Shown here piece after piece: positions 57,516-64,000 of a stretch of DNA of 64,000 bases. Numbering within the stretch: position 1 is the first letter of the stretch; each line of letters starts with the position of its first letter. The notes under the pieces are model-generated. The model was not told the origin of the DNA and searched no databases. It saw only the letters and a list, made by a program, of their open reading frames with translations. Made by a program: the position numbers and the translations under genes. Source of the stretch: an uncultured Candidatus Saccharibacteria bacterium (GTDB lineage Bacteria > Patescibacteriota > Minisyncoccia > Phycocordibacterales > CALRHW01); the NCBI GenBank assembly GCA_964390845.1, contig CAYMIL010000001.1, forward strand, positions 11,307 through 75,306, written 5' to 3'.

Positions 57516-57563
57516 GTTTGGTTCTTGAAAGCAACACAACGTTTTGATAATCTATGTGTACCC

Positions 57564-58118
57564 ATGACAGAATCTAACACTAATGAAGACATTGTTTTTG
57601 AGCAGGACGCAGAATTTACAGAACGAGACCCTAAAGAAGCACTAGAGAAACTCCGGCAAAAACTAAAAGCGACCGAAGCGCAAAAACAAGAATATCTCGA
57701 CGGGTGGCAGAGAGCAAAAGCCGACTTCATCAACACCCGAAAGCGCGATGAGGAGCATCACGCACAGATGGTGAAGTTTTCAAACGAACAGCTCATTTCA
57801 GATCTCATACCGGTACTCGATAGCTTCGATATGGCGACCGCCAACAAAGAAGCATGGGAGAAAGCTCCAAAAGAGTGGCGCATGGGTGTCGAGTACATCA
57901 ATTCACAGTTACTCTCGACTCTAGGGCAGTACGGTCTTACGCAATTCAATCCCCTTGGGCAAGAGTTTGACCCAAAACAGCACGATGCTGTGGAAACCCT
58001 TGAAACAGACAAGAAAGAAGAGGATAATAAAGTGCTCGTAGTGCTTCAGAAGGGCTACAGTCTCAATGGGAAGTTGATACGTTCAGCAAAGGTAAAGACG
58101 GGTGTATACAATGCATAG
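57564..58118 (+). CDS. grpE: Nucleotide exchange factor GrpE
   Basis: QRAKADFIN, FDPKQHDAV, QKGY.L..IRSAKV. Confidence 0.95.
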   Translation: MTESNTNEDIVFEQDAEFTERDPKEALEKLRQKLKATEAQKQEYLDGWQRAKADFINTRKRDEEHHAQMVKFSNEQLISDLIPVLDSFDMATANKEAWEKAPKEWRMGVEYINSQLLSTLGQYGLTQFNPLGQEFDPKQHDAVETLETDKKEEDNKVLVVLQKGYSLNGKLIRSAKVKTGVYNA

Positions 58119-58155
58119 ATAGTAGTTTATTAATCTAATTCATTCACACGAATAT

Positions 58156-60042
58156 ATGGCAAAAATCATTGGAATCGATTTGGGAACCACAAATAGTGCT
58201 GTTGCAGTGATGGAGGCGGGAGGTCCAAAGATCCTAGAAAACGCTGAGGGTGCTCGCACGACGCCATCTATCGTCGCTATTTCAAAGAGTGGTGAACGAA
58301 CCGTTGGTCTACTCGCTAAGCGCCAAGCGGTTACAAATCCAAAAAATACTATTTTCGGCATCAAGCGCTTTATCGGGCACGAATTCGAAGATCAGGCAGT
58401 GCAAAAAGATAAAGCGACTGTGCCCTATGACATGAGTAAATCATCAAGTGGTGGGGTGCTCGTAAAAATGGGTGACAAAGAGTATCGACCGGAAGAAATC
58501 TCCGCAATGATTCTTCAGAAAATAAAAGCAGACGCGGAAGCAAAGCTTGGGGAGACGGTCACTGAAGCTATCATTACTGTACCCGCATACTTCAACGACG
58601 CTCAACGAAAAGCAACAAAAGATGCCGGCGCTATCGCGGGTCTCGATGTAAAACGCATCATCAACGAGCCGACAGCTGCGGCGCTTGCGTACGGTTTCAA
58701 TAAAAAGAAGGATGAAAAGATTGTCGTTTTCGATTTCGGCGGTGGAACATTCGACATTTCCGTGCTTGAAGTGGGCGGTGATGTTGTAGAGGTAAAGTCT
58801 ACCGATGGTGACAGTCATCTCGGCGGAAAAGATATTGATCAGAAAATCATTCACTTCCTCGCAGAGGAGTTTAAGCGTGAACATGGTATCGATCTCACAA
58901 AAGACGCGTTTGCCCTCCAGCGCCTCGATGAAGCGGCAGAGAAGGCGAAGATTGAGCTTTCTACGGCGATGGAAACAGAAATTAATATTCCGTTTATCAC
59001 ATCAGACGCGTCTGGACCAAAGCACTTTGTGATGAAAATGACTCGAGCAAAGCTTGAGGATCTCTGCGCAGAGTTTATCGACCGCGCAATGATGATCACA
59101 AAGCGTGCAATGGAAGCTTCTCCTTTTAAGGTTGCGGACATTCATGAGGTCGTGCTTGTTGGAGGTCAGACTCGTATGCCAAAGATTCAGCAGGCAGTAA
59201 AAGAGTTCTTTGGAAAAGAGCCGAACAAATCTATCAACCCAGACGAGGTGGTTGCTCTTGGCGCCGCGCTTCAGGGAGGCATCATCACGGGTGATGTAAA
59301 GGATGTGCTCTTGCTTGACGTGATCCCACTTTCTCTTGGCATCGAGACAATGGGAGGAGTCGCAACGAAGCTTATCGACAAAAACACAACGATTCCCGCA
59401 TCTCGATCTCAGATTTTCTCTACAGCCGCAGACAATCAGACATCTGTAGAAATCCATATTGTGCAAGGTGAGCGACCGATGGCTTCAGACAACAAGTCGC
59501 TCGGACGATTTATCCTCGACGGTATCCCACCAGCTCCTCGCGGTATGCCACAAGTTGAAGTTACCTTCGATATCGACGCAAACGGCATCTTGAGCGTGAA
59601 AGCAAAAGACAAAGCGAGCGGTAAAGAACAGTCTATCCGCATCGAGGCAAGCTCAGGTCTTTCAAAAGAAGACATCGAGCGCATGCAAAAAGAAGCTCAG
59701 ATGCACAGTGACGAAGATACAAAAAAGAAAGAGATGGCGGAGGCGCGCAATGTCTCAGAACAGCTTGTGTACACCGCAGAAAAATCTCTTCGTGATGCAG
59801 GCGACAAAGTGCCGGCGGATATCAAAAAGACAATTGAAGACAGCATTGCGAGCGTAAAGACAGCGCAGGCGGGTTCAGACAAAAACGCACTCACACAAGC
59901 AACATCCGCCCTCTCTACAGAGCTCCAGAAGATTGGCCAGTACATGAACCAACAGCAACCACAGGGCGGAGAGCAACCGAAAGCAGAGGACAACGTACGC
60001 GACGTTCCATTTGAGGAAAAGAAGGACGACCAAGCTAAATAA
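58156..60042 (+). CDS. dnaK: Chaperone DnaK
   Basis: [35 protein letters not shown]. Confidence 0.99.
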   Translation: MAKIIGIDLGTTNSAVAVMEAGGPKILENAEGARTTPSIVAISKSGERTVGLLAKRQAVTNPKNTIFGIKRFIGHEFEDQAVQKDKATVPYDMSKSSSGGVLVKMGDKEYRPEEISAMILQKIKADAEAKLGETVTEAIITVPAYFNDAQRKATKDAGAIAGLDVKRIINEPTAAALAYGFNKKKDEKIVVFDFGGGTFDISVLEVGGDVVEVKSTDGDSHLGGKDIDQKIIHFLAEEFKREHGIDLTKDAFALQRLDEAAEKAKIELSTAMETEINIPFITSDASGPKHFVMKMTRAKLEDLCAEFIDRAMMITKRAMEASPFKVADIHEVVLVGGQTRMPKIQQAVKEFFGKEPNKSINPDEVVALGAALQGGIITGDVKDVLLLDVIPLSLGIETMGGVATKLIDKNTTIPASRSQIFSTAADNQTSVEIHIVQGERPMASDNKSLGRFILDGIPPAPRGMPQVEVTFDIDANGILSVKAKDKASGKEQSIRIEASSGLSKEDIERMQKEAQMHSDEDTKKKEMAEARNVSEQLVYTAEKSLRDAGDKVPADIKKTIEDSIASVKTAQAGSDKNALTQATSALSTELQKIGQYMNQQQPQGGEQPKAEDNVRDVPFEEKKDDQAK

Positions 60043-60045
60043 TTC

Positions 60046-61128
60046 ATGGCAAAAGACTACTACGAAATCCTTGGTGTACAAAAAGATGCGTCGAAAGACG
60101 ATATCAAGAAAGCGTTTCGTAAGTTGGCGCATCAATACCACCCAGACAAAAAGGGTGGTGATGAAGCGCGCTTCAAAGAGGTCAACGAAGCATACAGTGT
60201 CCTCTCCGACGACCAAAAACGTTCCGAATACGATTCATATGGCAAAACATTTGGTGGCAATGGAGGTGCTGGCTTTGGTGGTTTTGGCGGGCAGGGTTTT
60301 GGCGGCTTCGACTTCAGTCAGTTTACACAGGGTGGTGAAGGCTTTGATCTGGGAGATATTTTTGGCGACATCTTTGGAGGCGGGCGCCGAGAGCGCGTAA
60401 AGCGTGGTCGCGATATATCTATCGACATTGAGCTCTCATTCCAAGACTCTATCTTTGGTGTCGACAGAAAAATTCTTCTCAACAAAGCATCGACCTGTAC
60501 ACACTGCAAAGGCACCGGTGGCGAGCCGGGTACGGAGATGAAAACCTGTGATACCTGCAATGGCAAAGGAAAAATTCGTGATGTAAAGCGTACAATTCTT
60601 GGCAGTATCGCAACAGAGCGCGTCTGTGAAGCGTGTCATGGCGCGGGTAAGATTCCAAAAGACCGATGTAAAGAATGTAAGGGTCTTGGGGTTACCAAAA
60701 AAGAGCAGGAGATTGCCGTCAAAATCCCCGCAGGTATTGATGATGGTGAGATGATTCGCCTTACAGGTGGCGGAGAAGCTGTGCCGGGTGGTGTTTCTGG
60801 AGATTTGTATATAAAAGTGCACGTGAAGCGTCATTCAACATTCCGCAAAGAAGGCAACAACCTCGTCATGGATCTCAATATTAAGCTCTCTGAAGCGCTT
60901 TTGGGTAGCACCTACACGATTGCAACGCTCGATGGCGACATTGATCTTAAAACGCCTGAGCACATCTCATTCGGCGAGATTTTGCGCGTGAAAGGAAAGG
61001 GGGTGCCGATTGGCGCGGGCAAAAACCAGCGTGGCGATTTGCTTATTAAGGTACATATTGAATTGCCGAAAAAGCTTTCAAAAGAAGCACGCAAACTCGT
61101 GGAACAATTGAGGGGGGAGGGGGTGTAG
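60046..61128 (+). CDS. dnaJ: Chaperone DnaJ
   Basis: HPD J-domain, G/F region, four CxxCxGxG motifs. Confidence 0.98.
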   Translation: MAKDYYEILGVQKDASKDDIKKAFRKLAHQYHPDKKGGDEARFKEVNEAYSVLSDDQKRSEYDSYGKTFGGNGGAGFGGFGGQGFGGFDFSQFTQGGEGFDLGDIFGDIFGGGRRERVKRGRDISIDIELSFQDSIFGVDRKILLNKASTCTHCKGTGGEPGTEMKTCDTCNGKGKIRDVKRTILGSIATERVCEACHGAGKIPKDRCKECKGLGVTKKEQEIAVKIPAGIDDGEMIRLTGGGEAVPGGVSGDLYIKVHVKRHSTFRKEGNNLVMDLNIKLSEALLGSTYTIATLDGDIDLKTPEHISFGEILRVKGKGVPIGAGKNQRGDLLIKVHIELPKKLSKEARKLVEQLRGEGV

Positions 61129-61214
61129 TTTTTGTATCTTACTGACAACAATCCGCGTTACACATCCACACGAAGAATCAGCGACAGATGTGTATTTTTA
61201 GAAACTGTTTAGAC

Positions 61215-61269
61215 AAACAAAAACCCCGCAAACAACACGAGACACGGGGTCTTTGTTGTTTGCGGGGTT
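61215..61269 (-). terminator. Long hairpin terminator between dnaJ and a convergent orphan
   Basis: Perfect 16-bp stem AACCCCGCAAACAACA/TGTTGTTTGCGGGGTT; T-rich tail on the minus strand. Confidence 0.8.
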
Positions 61270-61274
61270 GCGGG

Positions 61275-61565
61275 TCACGAGCGAGGATCTTCTTCGGGCA
61301 GCTCATCATAAATCTGCTGCCCAGTTTTGCCATCGCCGACACGCAAGAGGTCCCAGTGCTTCTTCCATCGACCCCAATTCGTGAGGCTGATGTAGGCCGG
61401 GGTGATGATCAGGAAGATCCACCACCAGATTCCGTTCGCAATCGCCATCAAAGAGAAGAACACAATGCAGAGCAATGCCTCCACGATGGTCTCGATCATG
61501 CGATTGCGACGGACTTGACGCTTGCTGACAACGGGCATGTAGCTGATCATTCGGTTGGGGAACAT
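61275..61565 (-). CDS. Orphan two-TM membrane protein
   Basis: SD AAGGAG before ATG; Trp-rich TMs; TTGACT promoter at 61670. Confidence 0.65.
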   Translation of the reverse strand: MFPNRMISYMPVVSKRQVRRNRMIETIVEALLCIVFFSLMAIANGIWWWIFLIITPAYISLTNWGRWKKHWDLLRVGDGKTGQQIYDELPEEDPRS

Positions 61566-61664
61566 GGTCAATCTCCTTATTCGCTAGAGCGATATTTCAA
61601 TCCATATCCCAATAAGGGGTATGGGTACGTAACTCTTAATATTAGAGCACATTTTATATGATAA

Positions 61665-61736
61665 AGTCAAGTATACGGCATCACCCCAATATCAGGATAT
61701 TTCGGTCCAAAAACACGAGCACTAATTGCCAAATAA
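61665..61736 (+). pseudogene. Remnant resembling the C-terminus of a peptidoglycan-binding (PG_binding_1-like) domain
   Basis: SQVYGITPISGYFGPKTRALIAK* with no start codon; in-frame TAA immediately upstream. Confidence 0.45.
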
Positions 61737-61751
61737 AAAAGAAACCCCGCG

Positions 61752-61889
61752 CTAGCGGGGGAAGGGGGTGTCACAGAGGAAGAGTCGGATCATGAAGATG
61801 AGACTCACGATTCCGAACATGAGGAGAATGGCGAAGACATGCTCCTTCACGCTCATCTTGCGACGATGATTGCAGCGTCCCTGGTTCAT
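61752..61889 (-). CDS. Orphan 45-aa single-TM protein
   Basis: SD GGGAGGT; TTGACA-N16-TATTAT promoter from 61950; stop codon lies in the loop of hairpin 61745-61760 with a T-tail. Confidence 0.6.
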   Translation of the reverse strand: MNQGRCNHRRKMSVKEHVFAILLMFGIVSLIFMIRLFLCDTPFPR

Positions 61890-61980
61890 GCATACCTCCC
61901 TGGAAAGTGCGACTCGTTGTATATAATACGACATGAATAGTATTTGTCAATTATACCTTCCGTCTGTTATGATTTTCAAC

Positions 61981-62967
61981 ATGAAATCAGGAAAAAAAAT
62001 CCTAGTGTCGGGTATTCAACCGACTGGACGACCACACATTGGTAACTATTTCGGCGCGATGAAGCAAATGATTGATCTGCAGGATGAGCACGACTGTCAT
62101 ATATTTATTGCAGATTTACACGCTCTCACGGGCGTAAATGATCCAGCACAACTTTCCCAAAACACCCTCGACCTAGCCATCGACTACCTCGCTATTGGCC
62201 TCGACCCGAAAAAGGTCACAATATACAAACAATCCGACATACCTCAGACAGCAGAGCTAGCTTGGATTTTCAACTGCATCACTACGATGCCATACCTCAT
62301 GCGCGCACATGCTTTCAAAGACGCCGAAGCAAAAAATCATGAAATAAACGTCGGAGTTTTTGATTATCCTCTACTAATGTCAGCCGATATTTTGCTTCCA
62401 GAGGCAGACGTAGTGCCTGTAGGCGCTGATCAAAAACAGCATATAGAAATAGCACGCGATACGGCAGAAAAATTCAATCGACTTTTCGGCGAGACTTTTA
62501 AAATGCCTGAAGCTTTGATTGTAAAAGACGTCATGACTGTCCCGGGCACAGACGGACAAAAGATGAGTAAAAGCTATGGCAACACTATTGGCCTTTTTGC
62601 TAGCGATGATGAGATCGTGAAGGCTGTAATGAAAATTCCGACAGACTCAAAGGGTGTAGACGAGCCAAAAAATCCTGATGAATGCAAAGTTTTCGCACTC
62701 CACAAACTTTTTGCCAGCGCAGATGAGCTCGCAGATATTCGTGCACGATATGAAAAAGGTGGACTCGGCTATAAGGAATCAAAAGAAATTCTCGCGCGTA
62801 ACATTTCAGCGTTTATCACACCGCTTCGCACAAAACGCGAGAAGATAGCGCAAGACACAGAATTTATCATGGACATTTTGAAAGATGGAGGAAAAAAGAT
62901 GCACATGCACGCAGAAAAGAAAATGGGGGAAATACGGGCAAAGGTGGGATTGGCTTTTAAGCAATAG
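61981..62967 (+). CDS. trpS: Tryptophan--tRNA ligase
   Basis: SGIQPTG.PHIGNY, YPLLMSADIL, VPVGADQKQH, KMSKS. Confidence 0.98.
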   Translation: MKSGKKILVSGIQPTGRPHIGNYFGAMKQMIDLQDEHDCHIFIADLHALTGVNDPAQLSQNTLDLAIDYLAIGLDPKKVTIYKQSDIPQTAELAWIFNCITTMPYLMRAHAFKDAEAKNHEINVGVFDYPLLMSADILLPEADVVPVGADQKQHIEIARDTAEKFNRLFGETFKMPEALIVKDVMTVPGTDGQKMSKSYGNTIGLFASDDEIVKAVMKIPTDSKGVDEPKNPDECKVFALHKLFASADELADIRARYEKGGLGYKESKEILARNISAFITPLRTKREKIAQDTEFIMDILKDGGKKMHMHAEKKMGEIRAKVGLAFKQ

Positions 62968-62972
62968 TTGCT

Positions 62973-63503
62973 GTGTGCAAAGTTTATTTTATTTCTGGTG
63001 TTTCTGGTGTAGGCAAAACATCCACACTAAATCATTTAAAAAATATTCTTCATTCTAGTAAATATGACATTAGAGATCTTGACGAAAGAGGTGTGCCTGA
63101 TGGCGGTGGTTTAGATTGGCTAAATGGTGAGACGAGATACTGGCTTGATGTTGCCAAATTAAATGCTGAAAATGGGAAAAATACAATAATTTGTGGTTTT
63201 GCTAATCCAGATTTATTTAAAAACATATACAAAACAGGCGAGGATATTCCTGCTCAGCTAATACTACTTAATGTTTCTGATAAAAATCTTGAGTCACGTC
63301 TCAGGGGTAGGCACCTTACTCCTGAAAGTGTGAAAGAGATGGAGAGAGCAGCTGGAATTTCTTTGGAACAATTTATATTAAATAATATTGAGTTTGCTCC
63401 TAAACTTCGTTCTATTTTTGAGGGTTATGGATATCCAATAATCGAAACAGATAACAAAACACCGGAAGAGGTTGCCATAGAGATATCTAAGATTACCATT
63501 TGA
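62973..63503 (+). CDS. AT-rich P-loop nucleotide kinase-like protein
   Basis: ISGVSGVGKTS; LESRLRGR; ETDNKTPEEV. Confidence 0.8.
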   Translation: MCKVYFISGVSGVGKTSTLNHLKNILHSSKYDIRDLDERGVPDGGGLDWLNGETRYWLDVAKLNAENGKNTIICGFANPDLFKNIYKTGEDIPAQLILLNVSDKNLESRLRGRHLTPESVKEMERAAGISLEQFILNNIEFAPKLRSIFEGYGYPIIETDNKTPEEVAIEISKITI

Positions 63504-63526
63504 AAAATTTAATAAAAAATAACCCC

Positions 63527-63898
63527 ATGACCATCAAAAAAATAGGCCATTGTTGCCTCCTCATAAAAACAAACAACCTCACAATACTCACTGACCTCGG
63601 TGCTTTTTCTACAGATCAAAATACAATAACGGGAATAGATGTCATTCTCATCACTCATGAACACGCAGATCATTTGCACACTGACTCCCTAAAAGATGTC
63701 ATGAAAAATAATCCACAAGCACGCGTAATCACAAATACCGGTGTGGGTAAAAAGCTAGATGAGATAGGTCTGCCGTACGAGATTGTAGAGGGTCGAGCAA
63801 ATACTGATATAAATGGTCTGGTTATAGAAGCGTTTGATGGAAAGCACGAAGAGATTTTCCTCGAGATTGGTCAGGTGCAAAATACTGGGCACCAATAA
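63527..63898 (+). pseudogene. Truncated MBL-fold metallo-hydrolase
   Basis: GHCCLLI, ITHEHADH, then stops at QNTGHQ before the expected xPGD motif and C-terminal His. Confidence 0.65.
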
Positions 63899-63932
63899 GA
63901 GGGCTAGTTCGAGCTCTCGAGAAGGATTGATT

Positions 63933-64000
63933 ATGAATTTAGATCCAATTAAAAAAATAGTTCTTGATACTTGCATTATTATCTATTATGTAGATGAAAA
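63933..64000 (+). CDS. PIN-domain (VapC-like) protein, 5' partial at the window edge
   Basis: MNLDPIKKIVLDTCIIIYYVDE contains the PIN N-terminal hhDT motif; AAGGA upstream. Confidence 0.5.
   Translation, partial: MNLDPIKKIVLDTCIIIYYVDE

Noticed and set aside
57480-58155. CIRCE element for grpE-dnaK-dnaJ
   Set aside because: No TTAGCACTC-N9-GAGTGCTAA sequence seen
63895-63925. tRNA fragment or att site (GTTCGA within a hairpin)
   Set aside because: Stem geometry does not match a T-arm and there is no matching tRNA sequence in the window

Overview
Gene-dense, mostly plus-strand bacterial chromosome segment using genetic code 11. Gene content suggests a Patescibacteria/CPR (Parcubacteria-like) genome; this is an inference from the gene families, not a database result. 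Housekeeping content includes valS, leuS, alaS, trpS, tgt, uvrB/A/C, ddl, tRNA-Ala(TGC), ychF, mltG, the infA-rpmJ-rpsM-rpsK-rpsD-rpoA-rplQ-rplM-rpsI cluster, grpE-dnaK-dnaJ, a type IV pilus-like cluster, NDH-2, GDH, PGI/PMI, ROK and an ECF sigma/anti-sigma pair. No CRISPR array, integrase, transposase or reverse transcriptase is visible. Main observations: (1) Two expression grammars coexist. Many core genes have a -10 box 6-9 nt before the ATG and no Shine-Dalgarno (apparently leaderless). About nine visibly GC-richer, mostly orphan genes sit singly or in pairs between core genes as self-contained cassettes with a promoter, a leader that is often structured or boxA-like, an SD and an intrinsic terminator. 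(2) Several proteins are domain-minimised: LeuRS has no CP1 editing domain, UvrA has no insertion domain, and the family-4 UDG has no cysteines. (3) A surface peptidoglycan module pairs MliC-META with an apparently active and an apparently degenerate M14 peptidase. (4) pgpA has an internal TGA, and there are several unannotated small ORFs and gene remnants.
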